Assembly: GCA_963699155.1 (NCBI GenBank)
Contig: OY969414.1
Coordinates: forward strand, 779,757-843,756
Source: an uncultured Chlamydiales bacterium
GTDB taxonomy: Bacteria > Chlamydiota > Chlamydiia > Chlamydiales > JAAKFR01
Direction: 5' to 3'
DNA length: 64,000 bases
This document shows, piece by piece, positions 20,333-32,206 of this stretch; the first letter of the stretch is position 1; the number at the start of each line of letters is the position of its first letter. The notes under the pieces are model-generated. The model was not told where the DNA came from. It ran no database searches and saw nothing but the letters and a program-made list of their open reading frames with translations. The position numbers and the translations under genes are program-made.

Positions 20333-21408
20333 CTTTGTTGAGGTTCGGGAATCGTCTTTCGTAGAAAGATCATTTCTCGTTTAAACTGCACAAACCTTTC
20401 ATGACATAGCTCCTCCTCTGTTCTACCAAGCGATGCAATCATACAAGCCTCATAGGCTATTTCCGTTTTCTTAATTTCATAAGACAATCTTTCAACGTGT
20501 CTATGGCGCTCGGTTGGGGAGAGTGTGGCAAATTGAAGTCCAAAAGAGGCTTGGCGAGTCATTTCCATTTGGAGATCGAGCTGCAATGGAAAAGCATATT
20601 GAGAGGGATCGATCAGCTGCATTGTAGAGAGCGCTTCTTCAGACAGTTCACAAGCTTCATGATCATTTCCCAGAATATGCTCATGGAGTGCAGCTGCTCT
20701 CAAACAATTAGCTGAGGTAAACAAATTCTCTGTGAAGGGAGCATGGATGTAATCGCGAGGTGTTAATCCCTTAAAGCGATGCTTTCCTGGAGATAGCTTT
20801 AAAAAAGCAGTGGCAGCGGATTGGAGGAGAGAGCTTGCGACAGCGTTGCCTCTCTGAGTCAATTTTTTAAAGGCTTCAGGGGAAGATTCTCTGGGCGCCT
20901 TATCCAAAATTCCGCCCTCATAAATTAGCTTGATCCCTTTTTGAAGCCAGGTGAGTTGTTCGAACGGGCTTTCAGCCAATTCCGCAGCATCTACGGCAGC
21001 TTCTGCTTCATTGATCTGTTCTCTCCATAATGTATAACGTGTTCTCCAGTTCTTGCCAGTGCTCTCTATAGCTGATTGAGCTCTGCGAGCAGAGAGTGCT
21101 CGGACAATCGGATCTTCATCATCCCCTCTGTAGGATTGTGAGGGTAGGGATCCTTTTTCGAGATAATTCCGAAGATCGCCTGGGGAAATTGATAGTTGAC
21201 GGCAGGTCCCATTCGCGATTCTTGGGGCAGTCGGGGAATAACTCTTTTGAGGCATTGCGGCGACGAGTGTGGCACCCAGGGGAATGAGGATTATCAAAAT
21301 AATACAAGCGATAGCGAGTGCCTTTGTCGCATCAAATCGAAAGGAGGCTCTTGGAGGTGGCTCTGTTGCAGCAATAGGAGGATTGTCTCGGGAAACTGGA
21401 GCTGCCAT
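20329..21408 (-). CDS. Hypothetical protein with N-terminal TM helix
   Basis: 359-aa ORF; stop overlaps convergent gene stop (TTAA). Confidence 0.6.
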   Translation of the reverse strand: MAAPVSRDNPPIAATEPPPRASFRFDATKALAIACIILIILIPLGATLVAAMPQKSYSPTAPRIANGTCRQLSISPGDLRNYLEKGSLPSQSYRGDDEDPIVRALSARRAQSAIESTGKNWRTRYTLWREQINEAEAAVDAAELAESPFEQLTWLQKGIKLIYEGGILDKAPRESSPEAFKKLTQRGNAVASSLLQSAATAFLKLSPGKHRFKGLTPRDYIHAPFTENLFTSANCLRAAALHEHILGNDHEACELSEEALSTMQLIDPSQYAFPLQLDLQMEMTRQASFGLQFATLSPTERHRHVERLSYEIKKTEIAYEACMIASLGRTEEELCHERFVQFKREMIFLRKTIPEPQQS

Positions 21409-21424
21409 ATTTTTCTCCTAGGAT

Positions 21425-22462
21425 CTATTTTTTTCGGGAATTTTTCTTGGGAGGCGGAGCTTCCGCTTTGACTTTGCTTTTAGGGGCAGCTTTCTTTTTG
21501 ACTGGCTCGTCCATTTCTTCATCATCATCCTCGTCTTCGTCTTTTTCACTGAAGGAGGGGATGGTAAACTCTCCTTCGAGGCCGAGCTGCATGGAGAGTT
21601 TGCGGAGGGAGGCAAATTTTTCGGAAAGGGCTTGCAGTTGACTTTCTGAATCGGAGCGGGTGGTGCCACGTAAGTGGGCCAAAAATTCCTCTTCGGTATC
21701 AAATTTTTCAGAGAAGGTGATTGAAGAGGCGGAGGTAATTTCGGGGAGGTAGAGGAAGCGGCGCACTGTGGGTGTTACCTGAGTGAAGATATCGCTTGTC
21801 ACCTGGGACTCAATTTCAATCTTGGCCACCTGCTTGGGCGGACGACCACGTTTAGGTCGGGGATTCAGTGCTTCGTTGGAATAGTAGGTTTCCGCCTTCT
21901 TCACAAGAGCGGAGCGTGCCTGGGCGAGATCTTTGGTAACTTTGGGTTCAAAGAGATGAATTTTGAGCTGCTCGATGGTAATGCGTGGAAGATCGAGATC
22001 CTCTTCAAAGACAAATTTAAAGCTATTATTGCGGAGCCATTCGATGATGCGCACACGTGAACGTTCTTGATAATATTGCTGCCACTTTTCTAGCTCAGTT
22101 TCGTTATCGTAGATGAATTCGAGAAACTGCTCACGGGCATCTTTAGAGCCGATGATATCGAGAAGTTTTTCTTTGGTATCGATGTCATAAACTTTTTCGT
22201 TGACAAACCCCTCCATGATCTTTTTGGTCTCATAGAAAGTCAATTTTGAGATGAGGGCATAGCGACCCGCCTGGGCTTTCAACTCTTCTTCCAGCTTTTC
22301 GATCTCCTCGACCTCTTTATCGAGGTCGACGAAGACAATAAAACCTTCGACGCGGTCTAGATAGAAATCGCGCTCATCATTCGATTTGGAGAAGGCATCC
22401 ATGAGTCGGAGGGCTCGAAGAATGAGGGGATTTTGTGCTTGAGGCTGAGAAGATTGTTTCAT
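21425..22462 (-). CDS. UPF0158 family protein (CT429-like)
   Basis: QNPLILRALRLMDAFSKS..ERDFYLDR; RPKRGRPPK. Confidence 0.88.
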   Translation of the reverse strand: MKQSSQPQAQNPLILRALRLMDAFSKSNDERDFYLDRVEGFIVFVDLDKEVEEIEKLEEELKAQAGRYALISKLTFYETKKIMEGFVNEKVYDIDTKEKLLDIIGSKDAREQFLEFIYDNETELEKWQQYYQERSRVRIIEWLRNNSFKFVFEEDLDLPRITIEQLKIHLFEPKVTKDLAQARSALVKKAETYYSNEALNPRPKRGRPPKQVAKIEIESQVTSDIFTQVTPTVRRFLYLPEITSASSITFSEKFDTEEEFLAHLRGTTRSDSESQLQALSEKFASLRKLSMQLGLEGEFTIPSFSEKDEDEDDDEEMDEPVKKKAAPKSKVKAEAPPPKKNSRKK

Positions 22463-23211
22463 GCTCCAGCCATTATAGGTGTTTCTTCCTTTAAAACCAA
22501 GATGGGACCTTCGAGAACCACTTCTGACCAATCGTCATTAAAAGAAACTTTTAAAGTCTCACCTGAACGGACGCCTACCCGAATCGGCGAGGGAAGAGCA
22601 TGCACTTTGTGCGCAATCAGAGCAGCAGCTGTGGCACCAGTGCCGCAAGCTTGCGTCTCTCTCTCCACACCCCGCTCATAGGTGCGTAGAGCGATGGAGC
22701 CATCTTCCTGCAAAGCGACAAAATTAATATTGGCTCCAGCTGGGGCAAAAAGGGGAGAAAAACGGAGAGCCCTGCCGATTTCATTGACTGCGATGGTGTC
22801 TACGCGGTCAATAAAATAGACAGCATGAGGAACACCGGTGTTCACAAAATGGAGATCATAGGGAAGATTCAAGCGGAGTTGGCTAGGTGGAGCTAAGCGG
22901 ATGGCGACGCCTTTCTCCGTCAACCAGCCCTCCTGTAGGCCCGCCAGCGTCTCGATCAAGTAGGTCGATTTTTTCACACCGAGATAGTGGATCAGACAAC
23001 GGATTCCATTGCCACACATCTCCGCTTCACTTCCATCGGAGTTAAAGATCCGCATTTTGGCATCTGCGTGAGTGGAATCTTCCAAAAGGATCAGGCCATC
23101 AACCCCTTCATGCTGACACAAAGAGGCAGCAGTTTGCTCATCAAATCGATGTGAGCGATTGTCACCTACAAGGAAAGTATTGCCTGCGCCTGAATAACGT
23201 ACCCACCTCAT
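22459..23211 (-). CDS. dapF: Diaminopimelate epimerase
   Basis: [27 protein letters not shown]. Confidence 0.95.
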   Translation of the reverse strand: MRWVRYSGAGNTFLVGDNRSHRFDEQTAASLCQHEGVDGLILLEDSTHADAKMRIFNSDGSEAEMCGNGIRCLIHYLGVKKSTYLIETLAGLQEGWLTEKGVAIRLAPPSQLRLNLPYDLHFVNTGVPHAVYFIDRVDTIAVNEIGRALRFSPLFAPAGANINFVALQEDGSIALRTYERGVERETQACGTGATAAALIAHKVHALPSPIRVGVRSGETLKVSFNDDWSEVVLEGPILVLKEETPIMAGA

Positions 23212-23807
23212 TTGAGATCTTTGGCTGTAGAGACAATCTTATCGAGAAGGCCGAACTTTAACGCTTCCTGAGCCGACATCCAGGTGTCTCGGTCGAGCGC
23301 TTTTTCGATCTCTGGTTTGGTGCGTCCCGTATGCTCGACGTAGAGATCGACCAGAAGGGAGTGGGTTTTGAGTATCTCTTTGGCTTGGATGTCGAGATCG
23401 GTTGCTTGTCCCATGACCTGACCTGAAATGGAGGGCTGGTGGATCATGAACCTGGAGTGGGGTGTGGCGTAACGCTTGCCTGGGCTGGCACATAAGCTCA
23501 AAACAGAGCCCATCGAAGCTGCCAAGCCACTGACGCAGGTGATGATTGGCGAGGAGATCATCTTCACCTGGTCCCAAATGGAGAAACCAGCGTCTATCGA
23601 TCCTCCTGGGCTGTTGATGATAAAAATGATCGGCTTTCCAGGATTGGAGAGCTCGAGATACCACAGTTTCCGAATGGCCTCATAGGCTGTTTCATTATCG
23701 ACCTGCGTAAAGAAGAAGAGCCGCCGTGATTGGAGAATCGTATGGTCGATCTTATCGTCTAAGCGTTCGAAATCCTCTTTCTCTATTTCCTTTTCCACTT
23801 TCGCCAT
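23208..23807 (-). CDS. clpP: Clp protease proteolytic subunit
   Basis: INSPGGS, AASMGS, MIHQP; AGAGG upstream. Confidence 0.95.
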   Translation of the reverse strand: MAKVEKEIEKEDFERLDDKIDHTILQSRRLFFFTQVDNETAYEAIRKLWYLELSNPGKPIIFIINSPGGSIDAGFSIWDQVKMISSPIITCVSGLAASMGSVLSLCASPGKRYATPHSRFMIHQPSISGQVMGQATDLDIQAKEILKTHSLLVDLYVEHTGRTKPEIEKALDRDTWMSAQEALKFGLLDKIVSTAKDLK

Positions 23808-23813
23808 GTTCAA

Positions 23814-24066
23814 AACCTCTTTCAATCTAAAATTAAATCAGGGTAGTAGAGTTTCACAACCTCTTTCAATCTACAATTAACTCAGGGTAGTAGAGTTTCA
23901 CAACCTCTTTCAATCTACAATTAACTCAGGGTAGTAGAGTTTCACAACCTCTTTCAATCTATAATTAACTCAGGGTAGTAGAGTTTCACAACCTCTTTCA
24001 ATCTATAATTAACTCAGGGTAGTAGAGTTTCACAACCTCTTTCAATCTACAATTAACTCAGGGTAG
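23814..24066. repeat. 44-bp tandem repeat, 5 full + 1 partial copy
   Basis: Unit aacctctttcaatctacaattaactcagggtagtagagtttcac starting 23814, 23858, 23902, 23946, 23990, 24034. Confidence 0.97.
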
Positions 24067-25511
24067 AGCGGATGGCGGCTGAGCAGATCGCGCACCCTTT
24101 GCCTTGCCTCACCTAAAATTTGGGGATCGGTCTCCCCTTTCGCTTTTCCGGGCTTTCCCGATTCTGCCATCTTAGGACGCGTATTTTTTAGGACCAATGC
24201 AATCAGATCGGCCACCTCGTCCATTTCTGTAGGACCCATCGTTAGTGTTGTCAAAGCGGCTGTTCCTAAACGGATACCGGAAGTGTACCATGCGCCATTG
24301 GGGTCGAATGGAACCATATTCCGATTCACAGTCATGCTGGCCTCTGTCAAAGCGCCCTCCGCTATTCTGCCTGTTATACCCAGTTTGGAGACATCAAGCA
24401 AGACAAGATGATTATCAGTTCCACCAGTCACGACCTCGATCCCCCTTTTGACAAGAGATTCTGCGAGCGCACGGGCGTTAGTGATCACCTGGCCTGCATA
24501 GCGCTGAAACTTTTCTGTGGCCGCTTCTTGAAAGCCAATCGCTTTGGCAGCAATGACATGGGGAAGGGGACCTCCCAGCACATAGGGACAACCCTTATTG
24601 ACACTTTCCGAAAAATCAGCCGTGCAGAGAACGAATCCGCCGCGAGGACCGCGTAACGTTTTATGGGTCGTCGAGGTGACCATCTGGGCATAGGGAATTG
24701 GATTTTCTTCCCCCACAAAGGCCTTTCCAGCGACCAGACCAGCAAAATGGGCCATATCGACCATCAAAACAGCACCCACCTCATCGGCAATTTGACGCAT
24801 TTTTGCAAAATTGATCCGGCGCGGATAGGCCGAGTAGCCCGCCAGAAGGATCAACGGTTTTTCACGGCGAGCAATCTCGGCGATGGAGTCATAGTTGAGG
24901 AGGTGGGTCTTGCGATCGACCTCATAAGTGACCGCACGCATCATTTTGGCTGAGACATTTTGTCGGAAACCATGCGTCAGGTGGCCTCCTGATCCGAGAG
25001 CCATTCCTAAAAAGGTCTGATTGCAGAGCTCTTGACGGAGCGTTTCAAATTCAGCTGCAGTTAGCTCGTCAGGGTTTTTTTTGCCCAGTTTTTCCAACGT
25101 TTTGTTTTGGATTTTCTGTCCCAAGATCGCCCAAAATGCGACGAGATTGGCATCTGCACCCGAGTGGGGTTGCACATAGGCATGTTCGGCGCCAAAAAGT
25201 GTACGAGCCCTCTCAGCGGCTTCCGCCTCGATTGCGTCAACATTTTCACATCCCGCATAAAAACGGTGGTAGGGATAGCCTTCACAATATTTGTCCGTTA
25301 GCAGATTACCCATGGCCAGCTGAACAGAGAGCGAACTATAATTTTCTGAAGCGATCAGCTTCAGCGTAGAGCGCTGGCTGCGCAGCTCCTGAACGATCGA
25401 TTGGGCAATGGTGGGGGCAACTGTTGACAGATGGTCCAGAGCAGCTAAGTAAGCGATGACATCGGAGCGCCGCTCCTTCTTCTTCGCGAGATAGTTATCC
25501 AAAAATTGCAT
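24042..25511 (-). CDS. glyA: Serine hydroxymethyltransferase
   Basis: LIASENY, GGHLTHG, STTHKTLRGPRGG. Confidence 0.96.
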   Translation of the reverse strand: MQFLDNYLAKKKERRSDVIAYLAALDHLSTVAPTIAQSIVQELRSQRSTLKLIASENYSSLSVQLAMGNLLTDKYCEGYPYHRFYAGCENVDAIEAEAAERARTLFGAEHAYVQPHSGADANLVAFWAILGQKIQNKTLEKLGKKNPDELTAAEFETLRQELCNQTFLGMALGSGGHLTHGFRQNVSAKMMRAVTYEVDRKTHLLNYDSIAEIARREKPLILLAGYSAYPRRINFAKMRQIADEVGAVLMVDMAHFAGLVAGKAFVGEENPIPYAQMVTSTTHKTLRGPRGGFVLCTADFSESVNKGCPYVLGGPLPHVIAAKAIGFQEAATEKFQRYAGQVITNARALAESLVKRGIEVVTGGTDNHLVLLDVSKLGITGRIAEGALTEASMTVNRNMVPFDPNGAWYTSGIRLGTAALTTLTMGPTEMDEVADLIALVLKNTRPKMAESGKPGKAKGETDPQILGEARQRVRDLLSRHPLYPELIVD

Positions 25512-25601
25512 GGGGCAAAGATTAGGTCGAAAGTACGAAAAAGTCAAATAACGCGAATTTTGGATAAGAAAATTAGTGCTCGCGCCCGTGAGCGTGCCCG
25601 T

Positions 25602-25871
25602 TCAAATAGGGAACTTAGGGTTAATCCTAACAGAAGCCCCAGGGTAGAGAGGGTGGCTTTCGCCGAGCTCGTAGGTGTTGTCGTTCACCAGAACTTTGAA
25701 TTCGGCGGTCGAGAAGGGGGTATCTGTTTCAAAAACCCATTCGTCGGGTTTCTCATGTTTCAGCTGGACCCCTTTATCCCAACTAAGGTCAGAAACCCCC
25801 TCGCCGCGGAGAAAAATGGTGTTGGCAAAATTGGGGTCTACCTGAACGACGATGCGGGTCTTTTTTGGCAT
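25602..25871 (-). CDS. Small beta-rich protein, CBM20-like
   Basis: IFLRGEG..LSWDKG..W....EFKVL pattern; later ATG chosen to avoid overlap with cdsZ. Confidence 0.55.
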   Translation of the reverse strand: MPKKTRIVVQVDPNFANTIFLRGEGVSDLSWDKGVQLKHEKPDEWVFETDTPFSTAEFKVLVNDNTYELGESHPLYPGASVRINPKFPI

Positions 25872-25979
25872 ATGAGCGCATAGTGAATTTTTAACTTTAA
25901 TTTTGCAAGCGTTCTGCCGAATTCCCTTGCATGGAAGAGCCAAAGGGAGTATGATCCACCGTTTTAATTTAGGGAATCT

Positions 25980-26753
25980 ATGCAAGAATCTTTTCATCAA
26001 CTTCTCACGATTCAAGAGCTCGATATCAATATGATCCGTCTGATGAGGGTCAAAAAAGAGAGATCGCGGGAACTGGAAGAGATCCACACCTTGAAGTCTG
26101 ACATCGGCAAGCAGGTGGCTGACAAAGAGGTTCAGATTATGGAGACCAAAAAAGAGCTCCGAATGGGTGAGACCCAGATCAAGGAGATCCAGGAGAAGGT
26201 TGCTAAGCTAGAAGCGCAACAGGCCGCTGTCAAAAAGATGGATGAATTCAATGCGTTGACCCACGAAATGACCCATGCAGGCCGCGAAAGAACAGCTGTG
26301 GAACAGAAACTGAGCGATCTGATGGATAAGCTGGCTATTGAAGAAGATCTTCTCATCACTCTCCGTGAAAATCTCACCTCGACCGAAAACAATAGCAATA
26401 TGATTGAAAAAGAGATTCTCGAGAGTATCGATAAGATCAACGAAGAGGGAAGGGCGCTGCTAGAGCAGAGGGAAGAGCTGAAAAAACAGGTCGATTCTGA
26501 AATCTTTAAGATCTACGAGCGCCTGTTGAAAAACAAGAGAGACCGCGTCGTCGTGCCCATCGAGCAGAGAACCTGCAGTGGTTGCCATATCGTTCTGACA
26601 CCCCAGCACGAAAACCTCGTCCGCAAAGGGGATCGGCTGGTCTTTTGCGAACACTGCTCACGCATTCTCTTTTGGCAGGAAGCTCCACCCGTTGAAGGGG
26701 AGGAGGCCGCGCCCCGTCGCCGCCGCCGCCGCACTGCAGCCAGCGCCGCTTAA
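25980..26753 (+). CDS. cdsZ: C4 zinc-ribbon coiled-coil protein (CT398/CdsZ)
   Basis: Long coiled coil; CSGC..CEHC. Confidence 0.88.
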   Translation: MQESFHQLLTIQELDINMIRLMRVKKERSRELEEIHTLKSDIGKQVADKEVQIMETKKELRMGETQIKEIQEKVAKLEAQQAAVKKMDEFNALTHEMTHAGRERTAVEQKLSDLMDKLAIEEDLLITLRENLTSTENNSNMIEKEILESIDKINEEGRALLEQREELKKQVDSEIFKIYERLLKNKRDRVVVPIEQRTCSGCHIVLTPQHENLVRKGDRLVFCEHCSRILFWQEAPPVEGEEAAPRRRRRRTAASAA

Positions 26754-26890
26754 CATAGACCGGCTGTCGCAGCAGCAGCCGCTTAACGTAGAACTGCGCT
26801 TCGCATCTGCCGCGCTGCTTAAACGTAGAACCACGCTTCGCAGCTGCCAGAGCCGCTACGGTGGCTTCTCTCGCAGCTCGCCGCCGCTAG
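26735..26890 (+). repeat. Degenerate ~30-37-bp repeats of cdsZ 3' end
   Basis: Recurring cgcag..gccgcttaa / cgtagaac..cgcttcgca blocks. Confidence 0.7.
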
Positions 26891-26909
26891 CGCCATTCGT
26901 TTCATTTTT

Positions 26910-27260
26910 GTGGGGGGAAGGGCAATCGCTGCCTCGCTGATCTCGATCAGTGAGGGAGAGGAAAGTCTGGACTTCGTAGAAGAGGATACCAGCGAAAGGC
27001 TGGGGGCCGCAAGGCTACGGAAAGTACAACAGAAAACATACCGCTGGCATTGCCAGAGAGGCTGAAAATCCTAGCTTAAGGAGCTGGGCGCACTTGAGGA
27101 GACTCAAGGCGGTGTAAACCCTATCCGAAGCAAGACGAAAAGAGAATATGGTTCTTCGCCATCTCTTTGAAGAGTCGCTTGAGAACTGCGGTGACGCCGT
27201 TCCTAGATGAATGATTGCAGCCCGTCGTGGCTAACAGAATCCGGCTTATTCTCCCCCCAC
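26910..27260 (+). ncRNA. rnpB: RNase P RNA
   Basis: GAGGAAAGTC and AACAGAATCCGGCTTA conserved regions; gtggggggaa/ttctccccccac P1 pairing. Confidence 0.95.
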
Positions 27261-27291
27261 TTTTTTTAAAGAAAAACTAGAGGAAATTTTC

Positions 27292-29103
27292 ATGGCCGCT
27301 GTCGTTTTAGATCCATCTACCCCTGCCAACCCATTGAAAGAGAGAGGAGCTGTGATACCCTCTTCCTTTCTCCCCTTTGAGGAGTTTAAGGCAAAGTTTA
27401 GCTTAGGTGAAACCTCCACAGAGAAAGAAAATGTGAACACGCGTCACCTGAGCACAGTTCTGAGTGAAGATAGAGGCAAAGGGCTCTCCCTACTTTTGGC
27501 AGAAGAAGTCAATGTTATAGAAGGCTTTAAAAAGTTTGCCCCACAATTGGATCAACTTGCCCCTGAATTAGCGGAGAGAGCGAAACAGGGTGGACGCATC
27601 ATTTTTATCGGTGTTGGCTCTAGTGGACGACTTGGTTTGGATTTGGCTGCAAAAGTGACGTCACACTGTCCGGCGCTCAAATGTGTGGGGATTCTGGGAG
27701 GTGGAGATGGAGCCCTCATCCAGGCTAGAGAGGGTTTTGAAGATTCTCTTGCAGAAGGCAAAACCAGTGCTCAAAAAATGGCCATCACAGCGTTAGATAC
27801 CGTTTTTTTAATCTCTGCGAGCGGCTCTGCCTCATTTAATGCGGGCTTTGGGCATGAGGCGGCAAACCAGGGTGCCAAAGTCTTCTATTTCTACAACAGT
27901 CAAGAAGTGCCTACGAGGACAAAAGAGCTCTTCACGCGCATCAATAATCCTGTCATTCCCCTCTTACTCGACATTGGGCCTCAAGCCATTTTAGGATCAA
28001 CACGCCTCCAAGGATATAGTATAGGCCGAGTCTGTTTGGGCTACTTGTTAGGGCAAACCCTTTTCCATTTTGAGAATAGAGAAGATTGGGGGCACTATTC
28101 TTCTGTAGCTCTCGTTCACAAACTCGAGCTGGCTCTTAAAAACATCGACTCCCAGCTGGACAATCTGATTCGAATCATCGAGGAAGAATATCGCGTTTTT
28201 TCAAGCCCAGAATCCAACTTCAGGCGGGCGCGAGACATGACATCTGAGGGATATGTTACCTTGCTTGGCACTGCCTCTTCCCTCAGAGAAGAGTTGATTG
28301 ATAGTGTGGAAACCTCACCCACTTTCTTTTTGAACCCTCGGAAAAGAGAGCGTGAAGACAAAAAAAGACGCGCTGAATACCAAGCCTATCTCGTTGGTGA
28401 GTCAGATAATGTGAAGGCATGGAAGACGGTTTTAGGGAGAGATCCCTATTTTCCTGAGGATTGGAAGGAAGTCGATGACTTCATTCTCGCGGCAGAGATG
28501 GATGGGAAAGAAAGCTTTCAGAATCGTCCTCATGGCCCGGGTAATTTTGTCCTAGGGGTCGATGTATTGCACCGTGGTCAGACACTTTCTCCACAGCTTG
28601 TGGAGTCACTACACAAAGTGAAACAAGCAGGCGGGGGAACTGCGCTCCTCATTCTTTCAGAAGATCAACTCTCTGTTCCAGAGGATCTTGCAGATATTAT
28701 TTCTGTGGTGCAGCAGGAGGATGATCCATTGGGCATTATATTCAGTCAGTTACTGAAATGGCAGCTCAATCTCATTTCTAATGGCACGATGATTTTAATG
28801 GGTAAAGTCTCCGGCAATCGGATGATCGACTTGCGCACCTCCAACAACAAGCTGATTGATCGCTGCATGCGCCTCATCCATGAACAATGGTCCTTGCATC
28901 ACCCAGATGAGCCCCTTGATGATCGCAAACTGTATGAAATGATTATCGATGTTTATACCAAACAGAAAGGCAATCAAGAGCAGGGTGAATATACCCCTTC
29001 CACTTTAAAATTGGTTCTAGCCATGCTTGAGAAGCGCTCTTCATTCGAGGAGGCCACTCATCTGCTGAGAGAGATCGGCGAGAATATTGACCAATTATAT
29101 TAG
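27292..29103 (+). CDS. Tandem-SIS MurQ/GCKR-like protein
   Basis: GVGSSGRL, ISASG, GSTRL, DSVETSPTF, GKVSGNRMIDLRTSNNKL. Confidence 0.75.
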   Translation: MAAVVLDPSTPANPLKERGAVIPSSFLPFEEFKAKFSLGETSTEKENVNTRHLSTVLSEDRGKGLSLLLAEEVNVIEGFKKFAPQLDQLAPELAERAKQGGRIIFIGVGSSGRLGLDLAAKVTSHCPALKCVGILGGGDGALIQAREGFEDSLAEGKTSAQKMAITALDTVFLISASGSASFNAGFGHEAANQGAKVFYFYNSQEVPTRTKELFTRINNPVIPLLLDIGPQAILGSTRLQGYSIGRVCLGYLLGQTLFHFENREDWGHYSSVALVHKLELALKNIDSQLDNLIRIIEEEYRVFSSPESNFRRARDMTSEGYVTLLGTASSLREELIDSVETSPTFFLNPRKREREDKKRRAEYQAYLVGESDNVKAWKTVLGRDPYFPEDWKEVDDFILAAEMDGKESFQNRPHGPGNFVLGVDVLHRGQTLSPQLVESLHKVKQAGGGTALLILSEDQLSVPEDLADIISVVQQEDDPLGIIFSQLLKWQLNLISNGTMILMGKVSGNRMIDLRTSNNKLIDRCMRLIHEQWSLHHPDEPLDDRKLYEMIIDVYTKQKGNQEQGEYTPSTLKLVLAMLEKRSSFEEATHLLREIGENIDQLY

Positions 29104-29674
29104 GGCATCGAAATGCGGGAGAAGAACTCGGCGCGGAGGGTGCTGTTGTTCTCGAAGCAGCCCTTGAGAATGTGTGTTTCCATCGAAGCGGAGCAGTCTT
29201 GGACACCGCGTGCCACCATGCAGAAGTGGACGGCTTGGATGCAGACGGCCACGTTTTCTGTGTCGAGATGTTCGATCAGGGATTGAGAGATTTCAGCTGT
29301 CAGCCGCTCCTGCACCTGGGGACGTTTAGCAAAATAGTGGATGAGACGGGGAATTTTGGAGATACCCATAATTTTCTTATGGGGGAAGTAGGCGACATGG
29401 ACTTTTCCTGAGAGAGGAACAAAATGGTGCTCACAAAAGCTGACGAAGGAGATATTTTTGACCAGGACCATCTCTTCGGGGATGTTCTCTTCTTGGAAGG
29501 TCAGTTTGGGGAAGCTCTGGCTCTCTAGCCCTGAAAAGATCTCATCGACATACATGCGGGCGATTCGGTGTGGAGTTTCTTTAAGAGAAGGATCGTTGAG
29601 ATCGAGGCCAAGGATTTGCATCACCTCTGCCATTTTCTCGGCGATCAACTCTTTTTTCTTCTCAGGAGACAGTT

Positions 29675-29678
<4 letters not shown>
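29100..29678 (-). CDS. folE: GTP cyclohydrolase I
   Basis: ETPHR, CEHHFVP, QVQERLT, HFCMVARG. Confidence 0.95.
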
Positions 29679-31255
<1,577 letters not shown>

Positions 31256-31303
31256 GGCTGTTCAGGATACGAGAAGGGGAATAAAAAGAGAAGAAGCAGA
31301 AGC

Positions 31304-31332
31304 TGGAGCGGGTATCCAAATAGCCCGCTCCA
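31304..31332 (-). terminator. Probable intrinsic terminator after OMP gene
   Basis: tggagcggg...cccgctcca hairpin with pyrimidine-rich tail on minus strand. Confidence 0.5.
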
Positions 31333-31343
31333 AATAAGAACTT

Positions 31344-32158
31344 TTAGAAATAATAGGCCAAGCCGATAGAGGTGACCTGTTTTCTGGCTCGTGTAGAAAA
31401 CTGAGCGGTATGAGTAATGATTTCACCTTCAAAGAAGGTTGGTCCTGAAGAACCGCTTGTTTTCACTCTCCAATACTGTACTGAGTAAAGGTATAAGCAA
31501 CCTGGAGGCTGAGACATCGGGTGATCATATGCTCCACACCAAAACCTCCCCTAAATGCAACAGAAGTTCTCCTTTTATTCACTGAAATTAGGCTTGCAAA
31601 AGGAGGCAAACCAACTTCGCTTAAGCTATCTGTAAAACTTCCCTTGAATCTTTCTTTATTGACAGCACCACCAAGCAGTCCAAAGAACAAGGTTCTTTGG
31701 CAGAAAACCCAGCCGGGCTTAAAATCAAAAGTAAATTCTGCAGTGGAAAGTTTTGTGCGAGTATTGAGGTTTTCGGTTTGAACTGCTTCAAAAACCCCAG
31801 GGGTGATAGTAGTAGCAATTTCCTCATACTTATGGTTAATATCAAAGCTAGAAAAGTTGACCCCTAGCCGGCCTCCTAAGTAAATATTGCCACACTGAAG
31901 GCCCCAACCAGCAAAGACCTCTCCCCATGGTTTTATCCTATAATTCTTACTCTTTTCAATTAATTCATTGGTTTCGGTTGTTCCGGCAACTAGAACTGTT
32001 ATTAAAGCATCAAATTTAGAGTCTGCCATTTGCGTGGTTATGCCGCCTGAGGCTCCGGCGTAAAAACCAGCGAAAGGGTGGTAATAATCACAGGGTGAGC
32101 TAGCGATTAAGCAGCTACTGGAGAAAATCAGAGTAAAAAATTTGGCAAGTTTCATCAT
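31344..32158 (-). pseudogene. Outer-membrane beta-barrel protein, frameshifted
   Basis: Signal peptide, GFYAGASGG; 5-bp duplication at 31474-31483; restored frame ends IGLAYYF*. Confidence 0.8.
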
Positions 32159-32206
32159 TGACCTCTTTTCCTCAAACTAATTTTTTTTCAAATTTTTTGC
32201 CATTCT

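Noticed and set aside
23814..24066. CRISPR array
   Set aside because: Units are contiguous with no unique spacers, derive from glyA, and no cas genes are present.
25872..26087. N-terminal extension of the 161-aa minus ORF
   Set aside because: Overlaps the cdsZ start on the opposite strand; the later ATG gives a compact domain.
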